From: an uncultured Planctomycetota bacterium
GTDB taxonomy: Bacteria; Planctomycetota; Planctomycetia; Isosphaerales; Isosphaeraceae
Direction of reading: 5' to 3'
Assembly: GCA_963845755.1 (NCBI GenBank)
Contig: CAWJTV010000039.1
Span: forward strand, 96,001 to 160,000
Length of the DNA stretch: 64,000 bases
The first letter of the stretch is position 1, and each line of letters opens with the position of its first letter. Both the position numbers and the translations under genes were made by a program. Of the stretch, positions 1-11,485 are shown piece by piece. The notes below the pieces were generated by a model, which saw only the letters and a list, made by a program, of their open reading frames with translations, ran no database searches and had not been told where the DNA came from.

Positions 1-1
1 T

Positions 2-679
2 TGCCTTCTTCCCTTGCTCCGGGTCGAATCGTTGCGGGATGATCTTCGACGCGTAGGCCAAAACGCGATTCGCCGGTGCCACCCAGCGGAGCACCGTCTC
101 GTACAGGATCCCCAGGGAAAGCATGTTGAATCCCGAATAACGGGTCATCTGCCGCCAACCGAGCGGGGTTTCCCGATCGGCAAGCTGATCGTTCAGCGCG
201 TGGACGTGGAGTTCGCGGAGCTTGCCAATCCAGCCCCCCGCGATCAGCGAATGCATGAAGGCGTCACCCGTGAGTCCGTAAGGACTGGGCACGACCATCG
301 CCGTCAGACGCGGAGATTCCTCCGCCCGATCGCACATCCGTTGCGCCTCGCGCGCGTTCATCGCCATCCGCGCCTGGGTCAGGACGTGCTTGCCGGCGTC
401 CAGCGCCGCCAGCGTCACCGAACAGTGTAGATACGGCCAAGCCCCGATGACGACCGCGTCCACCCCCGGATCCGCGACCAGATCTTCCCAGCTACTGTAG
501 AGCCTCGGAATCTCGAAGTCGCGCGCCACTCGCGCCGTTGTCTCACGCGTGCGGTTGCAGACCGCAACCACCTTGACGCCAGCCAGACCCTGGAAACCAG
601 GGAGGTGCCGCGTTCGCGTGATCTGTCCCGCCCCGACGATCCCGATGCGAACCTCGCTCGAGCTCATCGATCGCCCCAT
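2..679 (-). CDS. Gfo/Idh/MocA family oxidoreductase (runs off window start)
   Basis: Manual translation of the minus strand: VRIGIVGAGQITRTRHLPGF...VDAVVIGAWPYLH...ALDAGKHVLTQARMA (Rossmann GxG and GKHV motifs). Absent from the ORF track because there is no stop in the window. Confidence 0.9.
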   Translation of the reverse strand, partial: MGRSMSSSEVRIGIVGAGQITRTRHLPGFQGLAGVKVVAVCNRTRETTARVARDFEIPRLYSSWEDLVADPGVDAVVIGAWPYLHCSVTLAALDAGKHVLTQARMAMNAREAQRMCDRAEESPRLTAMVVPSPYGLTGDAFMHSLIAGGWIGKLRELHVHALNDQLADRETPLGWRQMTRYSGFNMLSLGILYETVLRWVAPANRVLAYASKIIPQRFDPEQGKKA

Positions 680-990
680 TATGTTGCATTTCGGTGCACG
701 CGCGCCGGAGGGTTCTTGCCCGACCCCACTCAATTGTACTCGCTCCCAGACCCGCAAGCGACCGGATCGTCAGCAGAGGAAGATTATTAAATCCCGCCTC
801 CTGGCATCGAGGCCCGGCGTCCCCCACTTTGATGCAGTGCAAGAATCATTTTATATTCAAATATTCGCCGAGTTGAATGAGCGTAAGTCCTGCCAGATTA
901 GGGCATTGCGTTCATGGAATTCCCTTCTTGGAAGCTTCGAGCTCGATCTTTCCCATCCGTTCAGTCAACCATCACCTTCCCCGGCTGGGA

Positions 991-1311
991 TTATTCGCTA
1001 TCCCAGGTCCCTTGCTGGATCGTCACCTGGGGGGGTGCCTCGGGGGGGACGATCACTGGGACGCCCGCCGGGTTGCGTCGCGGGCGCATCGGCCCAAAAT
1101 CATCGCCGGCATAATTGCTCAGGTACAGCGGCCTCTTTTGCTCGAGCCAGGAAAAAATGGGCCGATAGGCGAGGTTGGTAGAATCGGCAGGCGGACGCTG
1201 GAACCAGCCTCCGAGCCGTCCGTCGGGCGATTGACAGGCCGGAAGCGCGATCAGGAAGACCCCAAGGACGACCCAGCGGGACAGTCGGAGTGGCCGTTTC
1301 GTCCTGGTCAT
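991..1311 (-). CDS. Hypothetical lipoprotein
   Basis: Basic N-terminus, hydrophobic stretch, lipobox-like LPAC. Confidence 0.6.
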   Translation of the reverse strand: MTRTKRPLRLSRWVVLGVFLIALPACQSPDGRLGGWFQRPPADSTNLAYRPIFSWLEQKRPLYLSNYAGDDFGPMRPRRNPAGVPVIVPPEAPPQVTIQQGTWDSE

Positions 1312-1559
1312 GGCGGATTGCATCCTTGCGATCCTGCGCCCGATCGCACTCCGGTTCATGGAAGCCAGCGCGGCCGACCCGGTCGTCGCCTCGGCCTCTC
1401 TGTGGCGCCTGTTTTCACGTGCTCCTCATTACATTATCGGTGATTCGCGCCCGGTAGATTGGCCAATTCGTCTCCGATACCATGAAGATCCGGGGACGGA
1501 TGGTCTCCAGCCGCGGTCTTGGGGAAGTGCATCGAGTTCACACAACGGGAGGTCTCGCC

Positions 1560-2064
1560 ATGCGGCGTTGTATCACGTGTCATGTCGCCATCGCGGCGAT
1601 CTGCATCTGGGTTGGGCCGGCGCGCGGCGAGCATGCCAAGATCCAGCTCGAGGTCGCCACACCGCGCGGGCAAGTCACGGCCTTCGTTGAACCAGACCCC
1701 GCCGGAGTGGGGGAAGAACCCGAGGCCCGTCGTTAGGGCCAAGGTCAAAGAGCCGATCCGGATCCAGTACATCCTCACCAACGTCTATCCGCACAAGACG
1801 TTGGAGAATGTGGTCGTCCACTTCTTCGTCGTGAAGGAGAAGAAGGCCGGCCAGAAAGATATCCCCGACTTGAAAGGCGATGTGGTGCTCGAGAGTGCCT
1901 TCGACATGGATTTCAAGCCTGGGGGCAAGGCCGGCCAGCGGACCACGCTCAAGATCGACACGCCCGGCGCCTACCTGATCCGGGTTGAGACCCAGAAGAC
2001 GCCAAGCGATCACGAACATTTCTCGGCCATCGATCTGGTCGTGGAGGAGGCGTCGAAGCCCTGA
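1560..2064 (+). CDS. Secreted hypothetical protein (one frameshift near 1688)
   Basis: Signal peptide MRRCITCHVAIAAICIWVGPARG-EHA continues into frame QTPPEWGKNPRP...HEHFSAIDL. Confidence 0.7.
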
Positions 2065-2128
2065 CCGGGCGAGCTACGACCGGCTCGATTTCAGCGGAGA
2101 TCGGCCGGAGTCTGGGGACCTCTCCATC

Positions 2129-2610
2129 GTGAAGACCGTCGCCCGCTTCGTCCTTCGGCGTTTCTACTGGGTGGCCCTGTCGATCTGGCTGGGAGGATTC
2201 ACCCTCTACAGCGCGGTGGTGATCCCCATCCTGCACGATCATCTGGGAGTCCCGTTCGAAGTCGGGCTGATCACCCGGCGGGTGACGAACGTGCTCAATG
2301 CCATCGGCGTCGTGACCCTGCTGGTGGGATGGTGGCTCGTCGTCGATCCGGGCGCCGACCGGCCGATCGTAATTCAACGAATCGCCTACGCTCTGCGCCC
2401 TTGGCCATCTCGACCCTCTGCCTGGCCGCCCTGGTCGTGCTCCACGTGGTCATGGACGCGAAGCTCGATAGGGGCCGCCTGGCCGGCTTCTACTCCTGGC
2501 ATCGCGCGTATCTGTGGATCAGCACCGTGCAGTGGCTGGCCAACCTGGCCCTCTTGCTCTCAGCGGGGGGATGCGCTGAAGCCGGCTCGAGAGACGCAAC
2601 ACTGAGTTGA
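2129..2610 (+). CDS. Small membrane protein, DUF4149-like (frameshift near 2395)
   Basis: Four hydrophobic segments (LSIWLGGFTLYSAVVIP...FYSWHRAYLWISTVQW) split over two frames. Confidence 0.65.
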
Positions 2611-2766
2611 GGGCCGCCGGGGAAAAAACCTCAAGTGTCAAAGGGCACCGGCAGATACGGATTTCCCCTTGCAATCGGTTCAAGCCGGTGAACCCCCTGC
2701 GCCGATCGAATGGCTGTTGCTCGGCCGGGCGGATTGCCGGTTCGAGTGGGGCGGAGATCGGTGCCC

Positions 2767-4644
2767 ATGTCCTTGTGGTGGAACCGGATGTTCTCTCGCG
2801 ACTTCTGCCGTCGGGTTCGGTTTCTCGCCGGGATCGGGGCGGCGGCGGCGAGCCTGCTGATGGCCGGCGGATGGGCCGATTCGGAGCGATCCGGGCGCCC
2901 GGCCGCGGCCGAGGAGTTCTGGAGACCGGGCGTCCCCCGGGCGATCGCGGTTCGCGACGGCCGGGCGAGATTTCGGGTGGCAGCTCCTCCGCATTCGCAG
3001 ACACTCGTGGTGGTCTCGGCCCTGGCGCGATCTCCCGGCCCGTTCGCGATCCACCTCTCGGCGAACCCGGTGCCGGCGGCAACGATCCCGACGCTTGCCG
3101 ACGACGGCCCGCGGCGCGCCCCCGGCTCAGGGCGCCGGAATTGCCGCCGACCCCCGATCCGGTCGACCACTTGCCCCCGCAGCACCGATCTTTTCACATG
3201 ATGATCCACGAAGCGGATTCAGCGACCTCGAGCAACTACGCGCCGGTCCGTGGCGTTCTCAAAGGGGTCGGACGGAGGGTCCAGGTCTATGTCGCCGCGG
3301 AAGACGCCGAGACCGTCGATCGCGCGCTGATCAAGGACCTCATTACCACCTTCGATGACCGCATCCACCCCTTGACCTCGGCCGGGTTCGGGGCGGCGCG
3401 ACCTGGACGGCGACGGACGGTTCACCATCCTCCTCTCGAGCCGGCTCGGACAGCTCGGGGGCGGCCGGCATGCCGTTAACGGATTCGTCAGAGTGGCGGA
3501 CCTCGATCCGTTGCTGCCATCCCCCTTCGGCAATCATTGCGACATGATGTACTTGAACGCCTCGCTCAAGGCCGGTCCTTACGCGCGCACCGTCCTGGCC
3601 CATGAATATATGCATGCGGTTTCGTATACGGAGAAGTGCTCGAGACGGGCCTCGGCCGGCGAGCCGTGCGTGGACGAGGAGGGATGGCTCGACGAGGCGA
3701 TCGCCCACCTGGCCGAGGATCTGCACGGGTTTTCCACCGCGAACCTCGATTATCGGGTCAGCGCGTTCCTCTCGCGGCCCGAGTCCTATCAACTGGTGGT
3801 CGATGATTACTTCGCGGCGGACCTGTTCCGGAGCCACGGGAATCGGGGAAGCACCTACCTGTTCCTGAGGTGGTGCGTCGATCGATACGGGCCCCGGCTG
3901 ATCCCCGCGCTGGTGCATTCGACGCGGCGGGGCGTGGCCAATCTCGAGGCGGCGACCGGCACGACGTTCGCGGAGCTCTATCGACGTTGGTCGCTGGCGC
4001 TGTACCTCAGCGGGATGGATCCGCCCCAGGAGAGTCCGGCGGCGTCCCGCGACGGCTTCGTGTCGACCAACCTGCGAGCGCCGCTCGCGGACTGGGAGCT
4101 TGCCGGTCCGCGATCGACGCGGATGGTGGCCGGTGGCCCCGCGGAGCATTGGAATGCGTCGGGGACCAGCAGCCATTTCATCGTGATCGAAGGGGCGACG
4201 GTCGGCGCCGTGGAAGTCGAGGTCGTCGGACCGCCTGCGGCCCAGCTCCAGGTGACGGCCCTCCCGCTCGGATCGGACCGGGCTCGGCTGGCCTTATCGT
4301 TGCGTTCGAGCGTCGGGCCCGACGGCGGCCTGTGCATCCAGGCCAAGGTCGCGGAACAGCGCGGGATTCCCGTCCGGATCTCGGCTCTGGCCTGGGAGCC
4401 ATTGATCCCTGGTCCTTGTCCCCAGTCCGACGGCTTCCGAGCGGGGCGCCTCGACATGCTGGGTGTCGCCTCCGCCTTCGGGACTTCGGCGGTCCCGGCG
4501 AACGGCGCGATCGAATCCCGGCCGATTCTACTGACCCACATCCCGCGCGGGAGCGGCCCGATGGTCGTGAAGGTCGTCGGGACCGACGACCGGGGACGTC
4601 GCGTCAGTGCCTGGGCCGATCTGAACCCGGTCGCGGAGCCCTGA
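2767..4644 (+). CDS. Secreted zinc metallopeptidase-like protein (M30/hyicolysin-like), frameshifted
   Basis: HEYMH (HExxH) followed by WLDEAIAHLAE; N-terminal signal region; pieces in three frames. Confidence 0.7.
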
Positions 4645-4678
4645 GTCGCCGTGAAGCGACCCCATTCGTTCTCATCTC

Positions 4679-4955
4679 TCAGCGTGCGAACGGATCGACG
4701 GGGAAATCCAGGCCGTCCAGGATCGCCCGGAATGCCGGATCCGAACGGATCGGGTCGAAGAGCGGCTCGTTCTTCAATCGGGCGGCGTCTTTGATGCCGT
4801 CGGCGACCGCCTGGTGGAGCACGGCGACGGCATCGGCCATGAATCGCCGGCGTCGCTGCTCGAGTTGTTGCGCATCGAGCTTGGTCGGGTACTTGCCGGC
4901 GAGTCCCGCCTTACGGGCGTAGTCGACGGATATGTCGTAGAGTATCTCATTGTTG
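4679..4955 (-). pseudogene. Orphan C-terminal fragment typical of planctomycete TPR-containing Ser/Thr kinases
   Basis: AVAVLHQAVADGIKDAARLKNEPLFDPIRSDPAF...FPVDPFAR terminal motif with no upstream kinase or TPR region. Confidence 0.55.
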
Positions 4956-5209
4956 ACTATGAACTTACTTCCGAGACTCACCGCCTCGCAACGGGTTCGA
5001 GCGGTCGTGTTCTTGCGTCCATGTGAATCGCTCCGGCGATTCGTGCTGGAAAAACTTTGGATCGAGTTTGTCCGTTCGCGAGCGCATGGCGCGGTCTCTT
5101 TGGTGTTGACGACGTTGCGACGGGCGGGGAGTTCACCGGGACGAGCCCGCGCATCTCCGCTAGATGATGTTGAAGCCGCGAGAGTTTTCCATCCCGGGAG
5201 ACGTGGATC

Positions 5210-8200
5210 ATGCTACGCGCGCATCGTGGGGTATCGCATCGCAGGGCTCATCGGCACGGCCGTTCACTCCATGTCTTCCTCGAGGCCCTCGAGCCTCGGA
5301 TCGCGCTGAGCACGTTTAATGTTTCCACCGAGACCGAACTGCGCTCCGCCATCGCTGCATCGGACAGCAACAGCTCCAGCAGCAACACCATCAACGTGGC
5401 CAGCTCGATCACGCTGAACGACGCAAGTGCTGGCCAGCTCGAGATCGAGAACACCTCGAGCACGCCCAAGACCCTGACGATCGTGGGCCAGGGGACATCG
5501 CCGTCGGACGCGGTGATCTCGGGCTCGTTCAACCTGGAAGACCCGGATCTTCGAGATCGTGGGGACGGGATCGTTGACCGTGACGGTCGTGTTCAAGGAC
5601 CTGGAGATCAAGGGGGGCAACGCGAAGGACGGCGGTGTCCTGGGCGGGAACGCGGCCCTGGGGGGCGGCCTGTTGATCGATGGTGAGCAGGTGACGCTCA
5701 GCCATGTGACCGTGTCGTCCGATGGCGCGACGGGCGCGACCGGCACCGCGGGCGCGGCGAGGAACAGCGGCAAGGCCGGGGGTCTCGGCGGCAATGGCGG
5801 CTACGCCCGAGGCGGCGGCATCTACCTGGCGAGCGGCCAACTGAGCCTGATCGATTCCACCATCCAGGACGACAGGGCCAGGGGGGGCATGGGGGGTCAG
5901 GGTGGCGTCGGCGCGAGCGGGGCCTCCGGAGCCCACGGCGCGGCCGGCGGCGTCGGAGTTGACGGCAAGACCGGCGGTACGGGCGCGGCCGGCGCTCGCG
6001 GCGGGACCGGCGGCGCCGGGGGATCGGCCGCGGGCGGGGGGATCTACCAGGCCGGTGGTCAACTCAGCCTGGTCAACTCTCAGGTGGGCGACGACGGGGC
6101 GACCGGCGGGACCGGCGGCGCCGGCGGTGCGGGCGGCAGCGGCGGCCGGGGTGGCAACGGCGGCTCGGGTGGGAGCGGTCTCAGCGCGGCGACGGCCGGC
6201 GGCCGGGGGGCCAAGGGGGCCGCCGGCGGGGCTGGTGGCGATGCGGGCCAGGGTGGCAACAGCGGTCCGGCGGGCCGCGGGGGCAACGCATCCGGAGGCG
6301 GGCTGTACATCGCCTCGGGCACCATGACGTTGTCGGGTGGGAAATTCGACTCCAATACCGTCCTGGCGGGCGTCGGGGGCGCCGGGGGGACCGGTGGCCC
6401 TGGCGGCGAGCCCGGGGAGGGCGGACCCGGAGGCCATGGCGGCACCGGCGGTGCCGGCAAGGGCTCGGGAGACGTCGGGGGCGCCGGGGGGACCGGCGGG
6501 GCCGGCGGCGCCGGGGGCAAGGCGGGTGCCCGGGGGCAAGGGCGGCGCCGGGGGCACTGGCGGCTTGGCCCAGGGGGCCGGGATTGACCTGGCGAACGGC
6601 CAGGCCAGCGTGAAGACCGGATCGTTTATCGGCAACAACGCCGACGGGGGGCTCGGCGGCGTGGGCGGTGTGGGCGGTCAGGGTGCGCTGGGAGCGGTCA
6701 CCGGTGGTGGTGAGGGAGGTCGTGGCGGGGTGGGCGGCATGGGCGGCCCATCAGCCGCGGGCGGACCCGGCGGGGCCGGTGGGCCGGAAGGTCGCGGTCT
6801 CCCCGGCGGTAACGGCGGTGCGGGCGGACCCGGCGGCAACGGAGGAATGGCCGAGGGCGCTGCGATCTTCGTCGCGGGCGGCACCTTCAACCTGACCAAC
6901 TCGGTCCTGGGGGAGGATAGGGCCGTCGGGGGAGCCGGAAAGGCCGGTGGCGGCGGTGGTGTCGGTGGCGATGGTGGCGGCGGCGGCCTCGGTGCCGGCG
7001 GCGCCGGCGGTGGCGGCGGTGCTGGAGGTGGCCCTGGCGCCCAGGGCCACGCCGGTCCCGGCGGTGCTGGCGGTGCCGGCGGCGGCGCGGGGATCGTCGG
7101 TTCCGGGGGCGCGGGCGGCGCGGCGGGATCGTCGGGTACCGGCGGTGATGCCCATGGTGGCGGGATCTACGTGGCCGGCGGCACGATGACCCTGACGCTC
7201 GTCAGCGTGAATAATGAATCGATCGTGGGTGGCGCTGGCGGCGGCGCGGTCAACAGCAGCAGCGGTTTCGGCAGCTCGGACGGCGCCGGCGGCGCCCCGG
7301 GCGGCGCCGGGGGCGCAGGCGGCAATGCCGCCTGGGGTGGCCAGGGCGGCACGGGTGGAAACGGCGGCGCCTACAGCTCTTCCAGCAACCCGGGTTATAA
7401 CGGCAACGGCGGGACCGGCGGCGCCGGCGGCCTCGCCGGCGAGGCCGCCAAGGGCGGCGCCGGCGGAGCTGGTGGGAATGCCTCGGGCGGCGGGCTCTAC
7501 GTGGCGACGGGCCAGGTGACCTTGGCCGGCGTGCAGGTCTCCGCCAATACCGCGACGATCGGCGACGGGGCCAACGGCGGCCCCGGGGGTGCGGCCGGCG
7601 CCGCCGGGACCGGAGGGCAAGTCAGCGCCGCTCTCGGCGGCGCCGGCGGCCTCGGCGGCAACGGCGACCGGGGCGACGGCACCACCGGCAAGGCGGGTCC
7701 CAGAGGGGCCCTCCCAACCGCCGGCGTCCCGGGATCGCCCGGCGTCGCCGGGACCAATGGCACGGCTGGCACCGCCAGCGATGCCGAGACCTTCGGCACC
7801 TTCACCCAGCAAACGCTCCAGCTCGTCGCGACCACCCCGCTCCCCAGCACCATCGCGCCCTTCACCGTCTTCGGCCTAACGGTCGCCCTGGAAAACGCCC
7901 AGGGTCAGGTTGACACCAATTTTGATGGCAGCGTGACCTTGAAACTGACCAGCAATCCCGACACGGGCTTCCTCAGCGGCAATACCACCGTGACGGCGCA
8001 GAACGGCGTGGCGACCTTCTCCGATCTCAGTATCGGCGTGAACGGCAACGATACCCTGACCGCGACCACCACCGGGGTCTCCTCGTCCCCGGTTCCGATT
8101 GTCGTTCAGTTACCGACACCAACGCCCACTCCTACACCAACGCCCACCCCCACACCAACGCCCACCCCCACGCCGACACCGACGCCGACGCCCACCCCCA

Positions 8201-8652
8201 CACCGGTACCGACTCCCACGCCGCCCACGATCATCGGCGAGCAACCCCTGTTCACACGCAAGCTCAACAAGAAGCACAAGCCGGTGGGCAAGCCGGTGCT
8301 TACGGGTTTCGAGCTGGTGTTCAGCGAGGCGATGAATGCCGCCACCGCAGGAAACGCGAGCAACTACCAGGTGAATTGGATCTCCTCCAAGAAGGTGAAG
8401 AGGAAGCCCGTGCAGATCCTTCATCCGCTCTCGTTCCGCGTGCACTACAGCGAATCCAACGATTCGGTGAGCTTGCTCCTGCTCGGTAAACAGGCGTTTG
8501 CCAGGGGAGGCCAGATCACAGTCGTCGCCGGGCCGCCCGGTGGAGTCCGCAGCGCCTCGGGCGTCTTGCTGGACGGCGACGATGAGGGGATTGGCGGCGA
8601 CAACGGCGTGTTCCCCGTCCTGCCGAAAGCGCGCGGGATCGAGCGGGGATAG
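5210..8652 (+). CDS. Large glycine-rich (PE_PGRS-like repeat) surface protein with LEPR-xLL N-terminal motif and Pro-Thr linker; frameshifts near 5530 and 6535
   Basis: LEALEPRIALS motif; recurring GGGIY/GGGLY units separated by GGxGGxGG tracts; Ig-like segment; (PT)n; C-terminal LDGDDEGIGGDN. Confidence 0.8.
8113..8226 (+). repeat. Coding Pro-Thr repeat linker
   Basis: PTPTPTPT... encoded by degenerate ccNacN hexamers. Confidence 0.9.
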
Positions 8653-8669
8653 GGTCGTTGATCCCCGAC

Positions 8670-9522
8670 TCATTGTCCCGGGGTGCTCGCTGCGACCTGC
8701 CGGCTGATGATCGTCTGGGGCTTCAGAGGTGTCGTCTCACCCGGGAGGAATTCGACCGCCCAGACGACCGCCTTGTCGAGCCTCGCCTCCAGGCCGCCGG
8801 CGGTGGCTCGGGCGAAGGTGTACTGCCAGCGCGGGCTCCCGTCCTGGCGAACTGCTTCCAGCAGGAGGATGGCCTCCGGGTCCGTCCCCTGGACGAAGCC
8901 AAACACGCCGCTATCGATCCAATCGGGGTCGGGGCTCTGCGCCTTGCCGGGCTCGGCACGGTAAAGCGGTTTGGCGAGCATGCGCAGGTCTTCGCGGTCC
9001 GATCGGTCGGCTTTCAATCCGGTCATCTTGACCTGGAAGCGGTCGGCGAGGACCTTCATCTGCCGGAGCCGGCCGGCCGGGGACGCGGCGGGCGCGGGGG
9101 CTCCGGGAAGGTCCTTGTACGCGACTCCGGGGACCTTCGGCGACCAGATGACGCGGCCCTCCTGGCGCGCTTCCATTTTCGCGCCCCGCGACAGGGACAC
9201 CAACTCGTGGGTGATGTACCCATACCACGGGTAAACGCTGGCCGAAGCCTCGGGCCGCCCCTTGTTGGTCCACAAGACGAACACGCCGTCCGCTTCCTGC
9301 TTCCCGCGTATCGAGTTACCCCAGCGCAGGACGGCCTGCGGCTTCATCGGTTCCGTGGCGCTGGTGTCGACGAACACCTCGTACCAGCCGATCGACTCCT
9401 CCACCTGCGCCTTGAGGGTCTTCGGCTCCACCTTGTCCCACGACCTGGCCGCGCAATCGCGCAGGGCCGGAGGAAAGCAGCACGCACGCCAGGGTGAGGA
9501 TCCAGTCGCGTCGATTGCTCAT
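8670..9522 (-). CDS. Secreted hypothetical protein (frameshift near 9445)
   Basis: Signal peptide MSNRRDWILTLACVLL joined to a 253-aa ORF containing LRMLAKPLYR and FVQGTDPEAILLLEA. Confidence 0.7.
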
Positions 9523-10331
9523 GATGGTGACCTCTCAGGAGGATGACCATGTGGCACATTGCCCGGAGGGAGTAGGCGAACGCCGCACCAGACCTGCATC
9601 GTATCCGGCCGGCTGGTCAGCCGGAAAGGGGGCGATCCCGTGCGCGCGGTCCGTCGCGAATCCGGCCCGGCTCGCCGGGTCCTCGGCTCATGGCGTCACA
9701 GAACGCATCGACGGGAAGGAGTGCGTCCCATCCGCCGGCCTCTGTCTCCCTTGTATATTCATCGTGACCAGTTGGTCTTCCATACTGGTCCCTGTGTCGT
9801 GAGGAGTGCTGGTCCTCCTTCCCTGAGGCTTTGACCTCTTCGGGAAGATGGCTCTCTCCGGCTTGGGTCCGGGATTTTGGTACATCTTGCGGCCTGGACC
9901 GCTGATCACAAGGATCGCCTTGCCCAAGACCTCCGGAGGAGACTCACGCCTCCTGCGACACCTGTGGCTCTGAGCGTCTCAACGTCTCCTCTTGCCGGAG
10001 GTCCCCATGTCCGCCACCGGACGGGGGCTCGATGCCCGGAAGCGGAGTCGGGGCCGCGCAAATCCGACCAGCATGACGAACGATCTTGGACGCCAGCGAC
10101 GGAAATCGAGCACCCCCACCTCCGGGACTGATGCCTCACCTCGCGAGGGTTTGACGCTGGTGAAACGGACCGGTGCCGCGGTATCATGTGAGGATGGCGA
10201 TCGCCCGAACAGTGAACGCCTGACGATCATCGTAGGCGATGTCTTACGAGTGTCCTATGTGTAAAGCCTCAATACTCCTATCGCATCAATGAAATCCGAG
10301 ACGTCGAATAACGACTTACGTCAAATTTGTG

Positions 10332-10365
10332 GTGTAAAGCCTCGATTAGTGTTGAGACTTGCCAG
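10332..10365. other. Putative recombination site A (left boundary of cassette array)
   Basis: gtgtaaagcctcgatt-ag-tgttgagacttgccag; right half matches sites C and E. Confidence 0.55.
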
Positions 10366-10389
10366 TCAGGCACCGTGAAGAGCCGACCT

Positions 10390-10911
10390 ATGCGACTGCC
10401 CCGGATGACGACAAGGCGGTGGATGGTCGCGATCCTCGCCGTAGGGCTTACGATGGCGGCTACGGTCAAATTGATACGGCTGTCCCAGGCAGCCCAGCGT
10501 TATCGACTCAGGGCCCAAGAATACTCAGCGATAGCGATTATGTGGAAGAGACATCACACGGGATTCCGGAATGAAGCTGATCGCTGGAGAAAGGCGGGCC
10601 ATCAGGAACTCGCCGAGTTATACGAATTCGTTCGGTCGAACGGGGAAGCCGCTGAGTCGTGCGCGAGGGGATGGCAAGAGAAATACGAATACGCCGCCTC
10701 GCATCCGTGGATCGGGGAACCGAGACGGGCGCCGGGCACCTACGTCGATCAGCCCTCCAGCTGCGCGACGAGTCAGGCATCTCTTGGGGCGAAGGTGTCA
10801 GTAGCTTTCGCGGCCACGATTGCCGTTGCCTTATTCATAATCATGTGGACTCGCCGATTTGCAGACTCAGAACCCTCTCATACCGAGCCGGCCGTGAGCT
10901 GTGAACTATAG
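10390..10911 (+). CDS. Hypothetical membrane protein, MRLPRMTTRRWM type (cassette 1)
   Basis: MRLPRMTTRRWMVAILAVGL...KYEYAASHPW; stop codon lies in the centre of site B. Confidence 0.7.
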   Translation: MRLPRMTTRRWMVAILAVGLTMAATVKLIRLSQAAQRYRLRAQEYSAIAIMWKRHHTGFRNEADRWRKAGHQELAELYEFVRSNGEAAESCARGWQEKYEYAASHPWIGEPRRAPGTYVDQPSSCATSQASLGAKVSVAFAATIAVALFIIMWTRRFADSEPSHTEPAVSCEL

Positions 10912-10925
10912 ATCAGATGCTCCAG
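10892..10925. other. Putative recombination site B
   Basis: ccgtgagctgtgaact-at-agatcagatgctccag; reverse complement contains tctgatctatagtt, identical to site D. Confidence 0.6.
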
Positions 10926-10967
10926 GTGATGTCCGGGGCGCCAAGCGCTTTGATCGAGGAGAGGCTC

Positions 10968-11372
10968 ATGTTGACACCCGAGTCCCCAGGGCCAAACGAC
11001 GCCCCCTCTGGCGGTCGGCTCGTCTGGCTGGATGACGATGCCTTCGAGAAGCTCTTTCCCAAGACGACCATAGACCACCTCCTCTCCGAGGAGGAACGGC
11101 AGAAAGCAGAGCGGGAGCGGAAGGAATTCGAGGCCGTAGGCAGGACGCTGTTCCTGAAAGATATGGCGGAAGTCTTACCGGAGGCGGAACTCTATGCGAT
11201 TGCCTACGAAGTGATGTGCGGGTCGATTGCCTCCGGCGTGGTAAGCCCGAATGAGATCCGAGAGCAGTTGTCGATGCTCCACGGGCCTCTTTACCCGGTC
11301 ACCCCTATCATCCGAGAGGCGTATGAGGACGCACTGGCGGGTCGTCCCCCGAGACTCTCCTCGACGCTGTGA
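10968..11372 (+). CDS. Hypothetical protein (cassette 2)
   Basis: GAGGAG RBS before ATG; ends IREAYEDALAGRPPR; stop immediately precedes site C. Confidence 0.7.
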   Translation: MLTPESPGPNDAPSGGRLVWLDDDAFEKLFPKTTIDHLLSEEERQKAERERKEFEAVGRTLFLKDMAEVLPEAELYAIAYEVMCGSIASGVVSPNEIREQLSMLHGPLYPVTPIIREAYEDALAGRPPRLSSTL

Positions 11373-11406
11373 GCGCAAAGTCTGATTCATAGTTGAAACT
11401 TGCCAT
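11373..11406. other. Putative recombination site C
   Basis: gcgcaaagtctgattc-at-agttgaaacttgccat. Confidence 0.65.
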
Positions 11407-11485
11407 TCGGGCTCCGGCCCGGAGGCGAAGCGTAAACGGTGATCCAGAAGCGAGATTTTATGGTCAAGCCCAGGAGAGCCGTGCC

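Noticed and set aside
9560..10330. Recombinase gene or remnant next to the cassette array
   Set aside because: The short ORFs show no serine- or tyrosine-recombinase motifs. A lone gtctcaac at 9976 and a weak GTGAAA-N16-TATCAT at 10160-10187 are too short to call.
11370..11398. XerCD dif/pdif site (gcgca...gttgaa resemblance)
   Set aside because: Needs a 7-bp spacer, lacks the inner ATAA/TTAT bases, and the resemblance fails for sites B, D and F.
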